Of a stretch of DNA of 64,000 bases, positions 13,193 through 26,969 are shown piece after piece. The stretch covers positions 77,562,001-77,626,000 of the forward strand of contig OX597816.1 in NCBI GenBank assembly GCA_951406725.2, written 5' to 3'. Position 1 is the stretch's first letter. Every line of letters starts with the position of its first letter. A program made the translations under genes and the position numbers. Origin of the DNA: Octopus vulgaris (lineage: Eukaryota). Below the pieces are notes generated by a model. That model was not told where the DNA came from, searched no databases, and saw only the letters and a list, made by a program, of their open reading frames with translations.

Positions 13193-14956
13193 ATCTAGAG
13201 AAATAGTTAAAATACATAACAGAAACAAAATATTTACTATTCTCATATATTTACAGAGTGAGGGTGACAGTTATTACAGTGGCTGCCTGAGTCACTGCAG
13301 TTAACAAGAGTACATAATGTAGTGTATTTCTTACCTGGTTTCAGACTTAATGAAATGTGGAACGCCCTTGAGTGAATCTCATAATCCATAGGATTATTTT
13401 GGCACCAGTTGTATCTCAAGAATGGCAGCATGACAGAACCTGTTTCTCTATAAAAATATTTCGTTGGAGAATTTGAATTGAGCTGCTGCTGATTATTATT
13501 TCCAATGGTGAGTTGTATCAACTCATGGTATCTATTCACATTTAAGTTGATTGAACTAGTGAGTGTTAAATGTTATTGGCCTTAGACAAAAACAATAGTG
13601 GTGATATGGTGATGAATTGTTGATCATTTGAACAGTGAGGCAGATGAAATGATGTTAAAATAACCATTTTATTTACCTAGTTTTGCCGTGCCAGCATGAG
13701 CTTAGCAGATCTGCTTGAGTACAGCATTTTGACAAGACTTGTCATTTCCTTCAGGAGGTTCAGCATCCTGGGATCGGCTTTTACCACTTGGCTCACAACC
13801 TCCTCAGTCTTCCTATTCTACAGGTTTCCTCCACATGGATCACTTGACTCTTCTTCATCCAACTTCATATACATCACATGTCTTTACCAGTGCAGTCTTC
13901 TCTCTCACACTAGCAGATACCTTTAATGTACATTTTTCTCCCTGCTCACCTGCACTCAAGCATTCATTCACTGCCACATCTTACCAACATGCAATATTGT
14001 ATTTTCTATGCAAATGTTATACAAATAGCCCTTCACTTGAAGAGAGAAGCCTAAAGAATATATTTTTCTGTTTAATGACAGAAATCTTTGACTAAACCAG
14101 TGGGAATCTTATTGATTTATTCATTCTAAAAGGCTACAGATTATTAAATCATAGTCTCTCTCTCTATTCTGAAAGAGTATTTTGCACTAAAGAGAATAGA
14201 TTTTCTCTTGTCTAAAAGATGAAATTTATAGATTGTGTATTGTGAAAGATTTAACTGTTATATTTCCATTTTAAAGGAGCGGAAATAGTTACTTAGATTC
14301 AGAAAATTTCTGAAAAAATAATTGGGCAGAACATTTTTTTAAAAAAAATTGTTTTAAAAAATATATTTATTATGATTTAAAATTGTCATTAGATTTCTAA
14401 TGGAATGAAAAATGTTTAAAAATTCAATTTATTTTTTCCATACTACAGTCACTACATGTGTGTGTGCATGCGTGTGTGCGCACAGAAAGTTAATGAGCAA
14501 ATTCTGTGCCTTCGATAATGTATCTAAGATGAGTTGAATGTCTGGAATGCAAATAAACAGTTGTATGTTTAATTCTTTTGTAAAAGTGGTGCTGGCTCCA
14601 TAGTGCAAAGTCTCATATGTTTTTTGTAGTAGAAAGAGATGTTAGGCTAATTTCTGTTAAAGAGCTACTAGCATTCGTTATTTTCTGTTTTATGTCTGTT
14701 TTTCCTGTCTAGCATGGGTTAGGTGAATACTTATTATTAAGGCATTATTTTACAGCCAGATTCTCTTCATATCACTAACTCTTACCTCTTTGTCTATGAA
14801 AACACAGAGCTACAGGACAATTTGTTACATGGATATCAACATAACATCACTACTTTTGCTCAAACATTTTATGTGAAAACAGATTGTAAGTATTCATGGG
14901 GACGTGCACGCACATACACATTCATATAAAACTGTGTGTGTGTGTGTATATATATA

Positions 14957-15328
14957 GGCGCAGGCATAGCTGTGCGGTAAGAATCTTGCTTCCCAACCAC
15001 ATGGTTCTGGGTTCAGTCCCATTGCATGGCACCTTGGGCAAGTGACTTCTATAGCCATGGGCTGGCCAAAGCCTTGTGAGTGAATTTAGTAGACAGAAAC
15101 TGAAAGAAGCTTGCCGTATATGTATGTGTGTATCTGAGTTTGCCCCCCTACCATCGGTTGACAACCAATGTTGGTGTGTTTACGTCCCTGTAACTTAGTG
15201 GTTCAGCAAAAAGAGATTAATAGAGTAAGTACTAAGCTTACAAAAAAATAAGTCCTGGGGTTAATTTCTTTGACTAAAGGTAATGCTCCAGCATGGCCAT
15301 AGTCAGATGACTGAAACAAATGAAAGAA
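14957..15328 (+). mobile_element. tRNA-derived SINE, family A, full length
   Basis: tRNA-like head with B-box GGTTCAGTCCC, CORE-like GGCACCTTGGGCAAGTG, internal (TG)n, tail GCTCCAGCATGGCC...GACTGAAACAA. Confidence 0.88.
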
Positions 15329-15390
15329 TATATATCGTCCAACCCATGCTAGCATGGAAAACGATGATGATATATATATACACACTCATA

Positions 15391-15872
15391 CATCATCATC
15401 ATCATCGTTTAGCATCCGCTTTCCATGCTAGCATGGGTTGGACGGTTCAACTGGGGTCTTGGGGTCTGGGAAGCCAGAAGGCTGCACCAGGCCCAGTCTG
15501 ATCTGGCAATGTTTCTACGGCTGGATGCCCTTCCTAACGCCAACCACTCCGTGAGTGTAGTGGGTGCTTTTTACGTGCCAGACGAGGCTGGCAAACGGCC
15601 ACGATCGGACGGTGCTTTTACATGCCACCGGCACGTGGGCCAGGCGAGGCTGGCAAACGGCCACGAATGGATGGTGCTTTTTATGTGCCACCAGCACGAG
15701 GCCAGTCGGGGCGGCGCTGGCAACAGTCACGTTCGGATGGTTCTCTTATGTGCCACCGGCACTCGTATCACAGCTGCAATTTCCATTGATGTTGATTGAT
15801 TTCGATTCTCACTTGCCTCAACAGGTCTTCACAAGTAGAGTTTTGTGTCCCCAGAAGGAAAGGTATGCATAG
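15391..15872 (-). mobile_element. RTE LINE 3' UTR fragment (close relative of the 46311 element)
   Basis: Reverse-complement match to 49100-49750, including the (CAT)n tail. Confidence 0.9.
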
Positions 15873-18187
15873 ACAAATAACCTAATTATTTAATGTTACA
15901 AAAACAAAATTAATTTAGACTAATTTTTTTCCAGATTACATCTATATATGTATGTATATATAATAATTAAAAACATGCAATATTATTTATGTATCTAACA
16001 CATACACTAAATAAGGCATATAGGGAATAATAACAGTAAACAAGACGAAATCTGGCACAACTGAAATTTTAATAAGAACTGAGCGATTAAAAGTGTTAAT
16101 GATTTTTAGTTCTAATGATTTCTGACATTACGCGAAAATAACTGGAAAATTTGTTTTAAAAAATCAATACTTTTATGACCCTCAATTACCTACAATATCT
16201 AGAAATTAATTATAGCTTCAATATTGAAAAACAGTTGAGCTTATTGTATAAGTGCTCAGATGCACGAGACAGAATCATCATTATCATCATTTTATATCAT
16301 CTTTCCATGCTGGCATACATTAGAAGGGCCACCTCAATTTGAGCCAGTTCTTATTCAGATTTATAACCCTCTTAGATGGGTCACGAGACTTCTGGAATCT
16401 TATGACCCTTATGTTTTCTCCATTTATTTAGCAACTTTATACTGTATTCAAAGCACATTTTATCTTGGTATCAATGTTACTAAAGATTGCCTTGAATCCT
16501 ACAATGCATAAAAGTCCTCATTGTTCAATGATGTCTCTGATCACTGAGCATTGCAAGTGACGGAGTGAACAGAAGTGTGTGTGATAGCAGAAGATGAACT
16601 CAAGTGAGATCAAGAAAAAGGTGTCAAGGGGAAATGAAAAACAATAACGACAGGGTGTAATGAGAGAAGCAATGATGATGGATATTAACGAGGGAGAGAG
16701 ACTAATGGAAACTACATCTTTGCTAGCAAGAGAGAGAGAGAGAGTGACTGATAGATAAAAGAATACATACATACAATAAAGAACAAATACATGCATACAG
16801 GCAGTGGTAGTCATGCTCGTCTAAAGAGAAGACAGCATGCATGCATGTATGTATTTATGTATGTATATTCTTTTGATCCTCAATCATGCATGTGTATAAG
16901 TGTATACATATTTGTATCTTGTTTGCCTTAACATTTGCATATTTATTGCAAACAAAGCCAATGTTCAAGCAAATGGTCTTGACGTTTTTAACTTTCAGTG
17001 AATACATATCTAGCTATTGAGATGACCATTGTTAGGGTAAGTGACACAAAAAACATTTGGCCATAGAAAACCTGCCTTAACAATTCATGCAGGCATGGAA
17101 AAGTGAGCATTAAAACAATGATGATGATGATGATAATGGCCAGAAAATCATATAGGTCTGTTCAATAAAGGTTTTCTTGGGGGCTAAACAAAAACAACAA
17201 CTTAGTACAAAATTATAATTGTGATAATAAACAATATTTTTTACCTTTACAATCTCCAGACAATACTCTCCATCGTAGCGCCGTTCCAGTACACACATAT
17301 ATATATATAGTTTCTGTCAACTAATTCCACTCACAAAGCATTAGTTACTGAAGTCACTACAGTAGATGACACTTGCCTGAGGGGTCACACAGTGAACTAG
17401 AGCTGAAAATCATATGGTTATGAAGTGTATGGCATATCTATGCAGTTGTGCCTCTACTTTCTTACTTTTGAAGTATCTTCATTCCTAAATCTAAGCCATT
17501 TCATATTGTGTTGTATGTGTGAGCATGCACACTCATGCACACTTCAACTATTTTAAATACATATAAACATCTGTCTGCTATGTAGAGATGTAAGAAATAG
17601 AACAGAATTATAACTAGTGTTATTCAACATCCGTGCAGTTGCAAGGTGATTCCAACTGATGGAAAAGGAAATTGCACATTACAATCACCATATTTGCAAA
17701 GATAATATGTATAGGGATTTTAATTCTTATGAAAGCTTGTTGAACGAAGAAGTTTAATATGGCAGTGCAATAATCATAAATAGTAATGAAATCCAAAGAC
17801 CATTTGAAGTCCAGTAATTCAACAATACTACATCTAGAGCATTTAACATGGGAATGTCTGCTATATAGACAATTTATTACTGAAAGTGAGTGAAATAAAT
17901 TATTGAATACAAAACCATACTGCATAGTTTATTAATTCATACACAAACACACACAGACACATGTAAAAATTTTATTGGTTGAAGAAAGGGAAGAAAGAGC
18001 TTACCTATGCTGTTCCTGCAGCATTAAATTTTCATTTTATAAAGTTTACGAACTGTTATTTGCTGATGTAGACCATCACTAGTTTCTTTGGATTCTAGTT
18101 TATATTATTTGCCCCCCCCCCTCTTTCTCTCCAAACTGTCCAACCCATAGCAGTGTGGAAAACAGACATTAAATAATAGTAGTATGT

Positions 18188-18448
18188 TTTAAAGACTCCG
18201 CCGGTTACGACGACGAGGGTCCCAGCTGATACGATCAACGGAACAGCTTGCTCGTGAAATTAACGTGCAAATGGCTGAGCATTCCACAGACACGTGTACC
18301 CTTAACGTAGTTCTCGGGGATAATCAGCGTGACACAGAGAGTGACAAGGCTGACCCTTTGAAATACAAGTACAACTCATTTTTGCCAGCTGAGTGGACTG
18401 GAGCAACGTGAAATAAAGTGTCTTGCTCAAGGACACAACGCGTCGCCG
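18188..18448 (-). mobile_element. SINE family B (CORE-like), 5'-truncated, young
   Basis: 13-bp TSD AATAGTAGTATGT (18175-18187 and 18449-18461); minus-strand GTTGTGTCCTTGAGCAAGACACTTT; CpG-rich. Confidence 0.9.
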
Positions 18449-19000
18449 AATAGTAGTATGTATGGTTCAATTGAAGCTGACTTCTTTCAAATTTTGTTCT
18501 CGGATTTTAATTACAAGTGTAGAGTTTTATATTCTTTTATGTAAAACTTGGCACAGCAATTGTTTCAATTGACAATGTCTTATAAAGTGCTTTAATAAGA
18601 ACTGCTTTTGTCCAGTTTTAAAGAAACTTAGCCACACACACATAATGTATATATGTATGTTTGCATGATCAGAGTGATTCTTTTGGCCTTTTAGCTGCTT
18701 CTCAGAGATTTTTGCATGTGTTTATCAAAGTGCACATGATCAAGGAACTCCGAATCATGGTAGATTGAATAATCAAGCTTTGAGCCAAAATGTTTGTTGG
18801 TAACTCATTGCTCTTCAATCAAAAAATTTGTGCATTATCTTTATCTAACTTATATTATGAACTGTGGTATGCATTAACATGCAACTGCATGCATGTACAC
18901 ACATATATGCACACTCATGCATGTGCATACACACACAAAGCAGTGCAGCAAATGATTGAGTAGATTAGGTTGGTCATGTCACTGAATATGGTTGTTTTAA

Positions 19001-20086
19001 CCCTTTCGTTACTATATTTCTGACCAAATTACACCCCTTATGTGTTTCAATTAATTTCTAACGTAATCATAAATTTAGTCTGGTTTCATTAAACAACTAT
19101 AACTTTTTTATTTATCGATATATCAATCTGATTTTTGGAAGATAATTTAATGAAATATTCTCAACCAATTCTATACTATAATTTTTGTTACAAAGTGACT
19201 CTAATTGCAGGTAGATACAGGTAAATTCCACAAAATATAAAATTATTAAAATTTTGTTCAAACATCGCTATAGAAAATGGGTTATTAGCTAATATTCAAT
19301 TGGGTATATAACAAAATTTTACGATAGAATTTGTTATTCTGGGTAACTTTCTGATACCCATAATAATATTTACGGCAAAATAGTCTTAATTTCATTTAAG
19401 GTTGAGGGAAACCACAAACTATCGTTTCTTTTGCTTTGTTTACGTTTAGCGTAACGGTTCGTCTCCGCTGTAATGATTTCAAATAGGCTCATTCGAAAAA
19501 GTAAAAAGAAATAGTCTAAGGCTTTACTCTTCTGGGAAAGTCTGTGGCTTGGTCCAGTTTCTTCAGAGAAATCACTGAAAGAAACAGTTTTTAAATTTTC
19601 ACTCCATTCAGGTGCCAATTCGTTTTCTTTATCGCTATCGGAGATCTCAGATTCACTGTTTTCACTTTCGGAAAATGAAACATCAGATTCATTATCAAAT
19701 ACCACGTGCTTTTTTTTTTCAGTCATAGAGTTAGATTTATGAAGGTCTTCAGTAGAAAATCCTTCGAATTCTGACTCGCTGCTTGATATAATGAAATTCG
19801 TATCCATTTTTTGTCAGAATTACAAATTTTGAAAACACAATAGGAACAAATTTCGGAAAAAAATCTCCCAAAATTCACGGAATTAAAATTACACTTTGAT
19901 TATTGTACAAAACTGTAGTTGAACTGTTTACGAAGTATAATACGTGTTTTCACGAATGTACTGAAGAGATTTGCTCTGATATTCTCATTTAAATATGAAT
20001 AGGTAAATTCGGGCGGCTTTGGGCGGTTTGGTTTCATAAACCAAAATTTTGTTCGGGCGGCTTTGGGCGGTTTGGTAACGAAAGGG
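19001..20086 (-). mobile_element. Non-autonomous piggyBac transposon (internal deletion derivative)
   Basis: Perfect 12-bp TIR CCCTTTCGTTAC/GTAACGAAAGGG, TTAA TSDs, subterminal direct repeats at 20008-20032 and 20052-20076, and a transposase fragment. Confidence 0.94.
19370..19807 (-). pseudogene. piggyBac transposase N-terminal fragment (145 aa)
   Basis: Acidic N-terminus (SESEFEGF), then W..F...GP, DYFFLLF, IITAETNRYA and WFPSTLNEIK, typical of the start of PGBD-type transposases. The DDD core is absent. Confidence 0.85.
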
Positions 20087-20339
20087 TTAAACAAACATAC
20101 ATTAATGACATATTGTGTGAAGACAAACCTAACTTCCACCTGTGCCAAACATATTTACACAGCTGGCTGTAATCTTAATGCTCATCAGATACTGCACGCA
20201 TTGTAAGTCAATCAAGGATGGCAGCTTGAAAGAACTGATAAATTTGTTTGTTAGGGGCATAGGTTGTGGGACTTTGTTATACTGTATTAGCAGTGGTTGT
20301 GATTCATTTTGTGTCTGCTTTTCATACTGACATGAGTCA

Positions 20340-20952
20340 GGCAATTTGATCAGAGCTGGTAAGCTGGAGAGCTGCACCTGGTTCCAGTCTGATTTAGCAT
20401 GGTTTCTATGGCTGGATGCCCTTCCTAATTCCAACCATTTCACAATGTGTGCTGGGTGCTTTTAATGTGGCATTGTACAAATGCTTTTACATGACACTAG
20501 CACAAGTGCTTTTTATGTGGCACCAGCACAGGACTCTTATAGGCAATCCTTTTCACCAGGGGAAGCGGCTCTAATGTTTATGCTGTGGAGTATGAGTCTT
20601 CTTGAGTACAGCAAGGTACCAGGTATCTTGATCCTTTGTCATCTCATCTGATAGGTTCAGTGTCCTGAGGTTGTCCTTCAGTACTTCGTCCTTTGTCTTC
20701 ATGGGTTTCCCTCTTCCATGTTTTCCATCTACTTTGTGAGATTGACTCTTCTTTGTGGAGCTGTCGGCATTCATCCACATCACATAACCAAACCAGGGCA
20801 GTCTTTTCTCTTACACACTCGTTTGACTAAAATGTTTTTCTTTTATTTCAACTTTGTGGAGCTGTCGGCATACATCCACATCGCATAACCAAACCAGGAC
20901 AGTCTTTTCTTTTGTACACTCATTTGACTAAAATGTTTTTCTTTTATTTCAA
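20340..20952 (-). mobile_element. Degenerate RTE 3' remnant with a local 101-bp tandem duplication
   Basis: ORF 20571-20783 (GRGKPMKT...LRTLNL) resembles the RTE C-terminus; 20751-20851 is repeated at 20852-20952. Confidence 0.7.
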
Positions 20953-21049
20953 CACACTTGCAAGAAAAGTTGCAGACTATATTCACAAAAAGAAACATAT
21001 AACTTAAGTTAAGCATGAATTATATACAAGTCTATACAGTAATAAATAA

Positions 21050-21660
21050 CTATATTGCCTATATCCAGTTTGTTTTCCTCCTACTTGTAAAGTCAAACAT
21101 GCCTATGTGTGCAGTTTAACTGGGGTTTTAACTTTCTCCTTATGGCATCAGGTAAAATTTGAAGTCCCTGCCAAAATGACATTTAGTACATGCCTGCATA
21201 CACAGACACATACACAGTCCTCCCAATAAAAAAAGGTTCTGTTGGTATTCTTAAACTTACTTCAATAATAGTAACTAGCAGTACCTGTGGAAGTTCGATG
21301 GAAAATGCAAATTTGTTTTATATGGTTGGATGTTTATTATATAGAACCATAAAAATTAGTGTTTCTTTTGAAATTATATATTCTGCATTATTTTCCTTTT
21401 TAAAAGACCTCACAGTTCTTCTGGATGAGCCTGTAATTGAGGGAGCATGACATCCCCATTCTCACAGCATTTCAGGGGTTCATTTTTAAATCTAAGAGCT
21501 TCACAATAATTACAGAGAATATTCATGTCACCAATGTTGTAAATTTCAGCCATATGTTTACAGTTTTTTTGCTGTTCTTTCTCATTTTCAGTTTCTAATC
21601 TGTCTTGAACACATTCTCTTATCTGTTGTAGGTACTCACTATAATCTCTTTGGTTCATGT
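21050..21660 (-). mobile_element. Helitron RepHel remnant
   Basis: ORF 21410-21658 has the Helitron N-terminal zinc motif IGDMNILCNYCEALRFKNEPLKCCENGDVMLPQL. Downstream degenerate PIF1-like words (VILAG-DF-QILP near 21150-21183; LDIGN near 21055-21068). Confidence 0.75.
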
Positions 21661-23999
21661 TTTGCCTTCTATGCTGCTGCTTCCATGCTTGTTCTAGTGA
21701 TTCAACCCTCGACTTTTATTTATATCATTATTTATACCATCTCATTCTGTCTCTTGTTAGCTTAAGTCATCTGTTGTCCACATTTTATAATCAAATATCA
21801 ATTTTCAAGTGAGCAACTGATAAATAATTGCATTTATGCACATGCGTTAAGTGATAGGTGTTATAGAAAATTTAGTTAATAAAAACCCTGTCACTTTTCA
21901 CTATCCACTCACCACCTCCACTATCATCATCATTACCATATCCATCACTCTTGTTTTCAGTAACAAAGCTCAGTCTAAGTTGTTTGCCAACCAAGATTAT
22001 TTTTATTTCATTTCAGTTCAGTTCAACTGTTTGTTTCTATCAACTTTTCTTGCTGTTGATGTATTGCTCTCCTCTTACAATACAAAGCTCAAATAACAAA
22101 TTAAAAAAAGAAGAACAAGAAAAAAATTCATAGCTATTTTGCTAAGTTATTTCACTTTGATTTATCTTTCTATCTCTGATAAGTTTATCTTCATAACTGA
22201 GATAAACCCTCTTTCTTCTGTCCAAAGCCTTTTTTCTTCTGTCCAGTAATCAATGTATTTAGCCATGGGTATATAGATAAATAGAATGACAAATAGAAGA
22301 TATGAAAAATTGAATATCAAAATGTTATTTTCTTGTCAGTCACCACAATATATTATGTTTAAAATTTCCCTCTGCTAAACACTTTATATTTCTCTTCTCT
22401 CTCCCCCTCTTAGTTTTCTTTATCTCTTACTTCAAAAAACTTGTTAACCATGTCATTCCCTTCTTCATGTTGTTATTTCTTTCTCTTTCCCTCTCACTTC
22501 CACTAACCGTGTGACAATGTAATGCATTGGCCGACAATAGTGCCACTTCTTTCTCTTTCTTTGCATCTTACTCTCAATATAACTGCTCCCCCTCACTATC
22601 TGCCTTTCTTTAACCTCATCACCACAACTTCACCCCTCTGTAAAACATTGTATTTCTTAACTTTCTTTTTCTATGTCTCTCCCCTCATCTAACTTTTTAA
22701 CTACATAACAACTATTACTGTTAACACTTCTCTCTCCCTCTTTGCCTCTCACTTCAACTAACTACATGACAGCATAACACATTCAGCCTTAGCTTATTAA
22801 TATATACGCTGCTGCTGCTGATGATGATGATGATCATCCTCCTCCTCCTCCTTCTTTCTACTATAGGCGTAATAATGCTAATAATAATTCTTAAACTTAT
22901 GTTAATAATGATAACCTTAAAATCAACATGTTTATCTATCTATGCATACATATATACCTACCTACATAGCCACACACTCCCTCTCTCATATCATGTGTGG
23001 AAACTGAAACAGTTTCATTGTCGAAGAATATTAGTTTCATGTTTGTTTCTTACTATGTACTATGACATAAAAAAACATTTGTCATGCTTCTGTGAACAAG
23101 TCATTGACATAATTTATTGATACAGTGCAGATATGTCAATAACTGTCTGACCTACAGAAGCTCTTAAATGGCTAAAATGATTCCTCCATGATGTAATTGT
23201 TTTACACGCGCGCGCGCGCGCACACACACACACACACTTGTAGCTGTGTATATTTTAGAAACTGAAAAAGCTGTGTTGCCAGTGCTAATGTTTAAGCCAT
23301 TATCATCGTTTAACATCAGTTTTCCATGCTGGCATAGGTTGGATGGCTTGACAGGAGCTGGCCAGACTCCAATTATCTGTTGTGGCATGGTTTTTATAGC
23401 GAGATGATCTTCCTCATGCCAATCACATTACTGAGTCTGCTGGTAAAGTTTTAGATTTAGTCTTCATGCCAGGAAGTTTTGCAAGTGTCATCTGTCACAA
23501 CTTCAGGTTGACCAAACTCTATGTGTGAAATCATATACTTGAACAATGAAATAGGTACAGAGATAATGAGAGTTTCTAGAGACTGGATATGAAGAATGTT
23601 TGGAGTGTCTGTCTTGGTCATAGAGGGGAATAGGTGAGGATGATGTTGCAGAGAGTTCTGAATGGCCAAAAACAAAGGCTTGGCTTCAGCACCAGCAGTA
23701 ATGATGTAGAAATTGCACCAGAGCCAAGATGACTTTTTTTAGAATGGCAGATCTCAAAGTAGATAATGCTACTGTTAATAGCATGTAAAAATTGAGTTGA
23801 AAAAAATCCCATTGGATAGAAAAAGTCAATGGTTGAATGCCTGTCATATTTACAGTAGATGTATGTTCATATCCCATAGGCACCCCTTGATGTTGGCTTT
23901 GTAAGTAGTTTTCTTGATGTTGGCTTTGTAAGTAGTGCCGCCCACTTTATATCTAATTTTACAATGTATGCACTCGGCAAAACTTCACCAAACCATTTC

Positions 24000-24600
24000 T
24001 GTTCCACCAGTCTCATCATTGCATATACCAAGTGCAGAAACATCAGGTGTCACTTTAAATCAATGAGGCCACCAGCCTTGGTGGTATCCCTTCTATTACT
24101 GTCAAACTGTATGATCTTCAGTTAATCTCTGACTATGCCAAAGTTTTCAGTCATTCTTATGGAACATCATTCCCAATTTTTGGAAATATACTACTGTGTG
24201 TTTTCCCTAGAAGGGTATTCCCTCTGGCCCTACCAACTTACTGATTTCACTTTCATTGCCTCAAGCTTAAAAGAAGTAGATATCCTCTCCCTCTCTTTAT
24301 CGATCACCACTATGACTACTACTGTAAAGCATTATCTTTTGGCATTGCTTTCTTATGCCATCTACTTGTGGTCCTATAATCTTGAAGAATTTGACAAAAG
24401 CACTTGACATCAATAAAGTATTTGACTGTTTAGCATGAAAATCTCCTCAATGAGCTGCTCACTTATGGGCTTTATCTGTTTCTTATCTTGGTAGATAGCA
24501 CTACTGCAGTGTGCTCCCCCCCTCTCTGACTTCACTATTAACTCTGTTGTTCCCACACTCATCCTCTTGTACATTAACAACCTGTTTACTGTCATACTGC
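24000..24600 (+). mobile_element. Old CR1/Jockey-group RT remnant
   Basis: Frameshifted ALDINKVFDC, HENLLNELLTYGL, INSVVP, TLILLYINNL. Confidence 0.6.
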
Positions 24601-26740
24601 TCACTCCTATTGGGATTATATCACTCCTCACTCTCCTTTAGGCATAATCTCCATCACATACAACCTAGACACCACACAGCTTCTATGGACAGATATCTCT
24701 TAAATATTTTTCAGCAACTCAAAAGACATATACAGAGCTTACTAAAACTGTTTCACATCATCAGAGCCAATAGAAAAGCCTAAAATGGAAAATCTTATGT
24801 TTCAATTTTTTTTTATAAGATAATTTTTGAATTTCTACAATTTTTTCTCATGATTATGTTAAGTTCCTTATTTGCAGATAAGCAAATCCTAGCTGCCTCT
24901 AGGAAAGATATCTGCCTCATTTGCTTTGCTAATAATACCTATCCCTGTGTACTGGAAAGGCTTCCTGTTTATATAAGAAATTCATTATTAGTTGTCATTA
25001 AATCTGTCAGATATAATTTTGACCTAATGCAGTTCCCTTGAGGAAGAGATATTTTAGATTACATTTAATAAACTTGTGGTCATATTATCAAATATTAGTT
25101 ACTCACTTTAATTGTGATGTCAGTACAAACGTAAAGTTGAATTTAATCAATAACATTGAATGAAAGCTTCTGGAGAGCATGAATATTCTGGTGTACTTTC
25201 TGCTAACCTTTTCAGTTACATCTTGAAGTAGGTAGCAGGCAGTTATACTGTCATTAAGCAGCAATGTATAGATTTGACTATGAAGTACTTAGGTGCAAAT
25301 ATGATTCTTGATGTATCTATTCAGATGTTCCCTAGTACATGTTTTTTTTCTTTCTTTTTCATTAATCGCTTACTCTACTGATAATTAAGCAGTTATGAAC
25401 CACAGTAGATTACTGGTGTATCTATATAGTCTCTAAAGAATTTTCTGCATTGATTTTTCAATATATAAAGTTGCAGTAGCACTGATATTAAAACGATTAT
25501 TACTAAAGAATATAGAAATAGTTAAAATGTGTTTATGTTGCTCATAGATTTCCTTGACAAATATTGACAAATATTAAATTACTCATAACAATATATTTTA
25601 TATTCTATAAAATACAAATCAAGTTCCATAAAATTAATTAATTAACCTTTTTTTAAAACACCACAGTTCAAAAGGTGTAACTGAAGTTGGTAATTAAACT
25701 GACTTCATTTCACAAAAACTGAAATGCTCCATGCTTCAAAGGTAAACTGCACCACAGTTTTATTTTCTTAACATATCTTTATCTAGAAAATGCATGAATA
25801 TCACATTTCATTTGCTCTCCATTAAAAGCGTAAGGTTCTCAAATCTAGTCAAAAGAAATTAATTTAAAATCCTGTGCATTACTAGCGTTAGAATTGGCAG
25901 AGATCCAACCAGTTATAATTATGTAATGACTTTCCGTGGCAGCAACTGTCTTTCATTTTCAACCTGTCTAATTAAATATCAAAAAAAAAAAAAAAAAAAA
26001 GACATTTTCACTACATGTATTTCTCCAACAACCACATTTTCATTCATGTTTTTATTTTTTTTCATTTTGTCATGGATAAGCCTGTAAATATGGATTCTCA
26101 TGGGGATTATCTCATACCGTAATCAAGATTAATATCACAGATGCTGATCTTCCTTCTTAGGAATAGAATTTGCTTCAACCCTTTAAATAGCTGCTTGTGC
26201 TTTTTTTATGTACAATACTTCATATCAAAGTAAAAACTTACAAGGACAGCAATTACTGTATACATAACATTTTGGTCTATATCTACAAAAATAATAAAAT
26301 AATTTTTAAAAAAAGTGCTGTTGTTTATTTGTGGGAAAACTTTCAAGTAACAACTATGTATTCTATCACCTTCATGATGAACCCTGCTTTTCTGAGCTTG
26401 GTAACACTTAACCCTATGAAATCTCTTCATATTGAAGTCTTTTCCTCTACTCACCATTCTGCTAGTGTGTTCTCAGACCCTGTCAGAAGAATGCCCTATT
26501 CTTCTCTGGAAGTGTATATATTCCTAAAACTCCCTTCCTATTCATATTTTCGCTCCATCAACTAACTTGTAACAATTCAGGTTGAATGCTGACTGCATTA
26601 ATCTAACCCGGTTATTATTTGTCATTACCTCCTTACTAACAGATACTCTGTGTGTGTGTGTGTGTTTGTGTCTTTTTCCATTATACTGATTTCTGTCATA
26701 GCCACAAGGCCATAAATCTGAGATGCTAGTAGTTGATTAA

Positions 26741-26969
26741 CTCTTTTTGATACCAACCTACATGAAACCACTCCTACTAGTTCTATGATATAAACTTCAT
26801 GTTTTCAAGTGATCTAAATTAAAACCTTCCATCAAACTTTAACGTTAATTCATAATTTAAGCATCCGCTTAATATTGATGAAATTATCTTATTAAATTCT
26901 TTTTAATTATTTTTTTAATTAATTAAAGCAAAGTCAGTGTATTTCAATAAAAATAGTGTAACGAAAGGG
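26741..26969. mobile_element. piggyBac MITE (same family as 44601, reverse orientation, older)
   Basis: TTAA flanks, right end GTAACGAAAGGG, internal similarity to the reverse complement of 44601-44821. Confidence 0.75.

Noticed and set aside
14957-15030. tRNA genes
   Set aside because: The A/B-box sequences are SINE heads that continue into SINE bodies; no cloverleaf is evident.
17620-17925. 101-aa ORF or possible exon in unique sequence
   Set aside because: No consistent acceptor/donor pair or recognisable motif; cannot be supported without RNA data.
23450-23800. Minus-strand CR1-like endonuclease remnant
   Set aside because: Only faint motif traces; not enough to annotate confidently.
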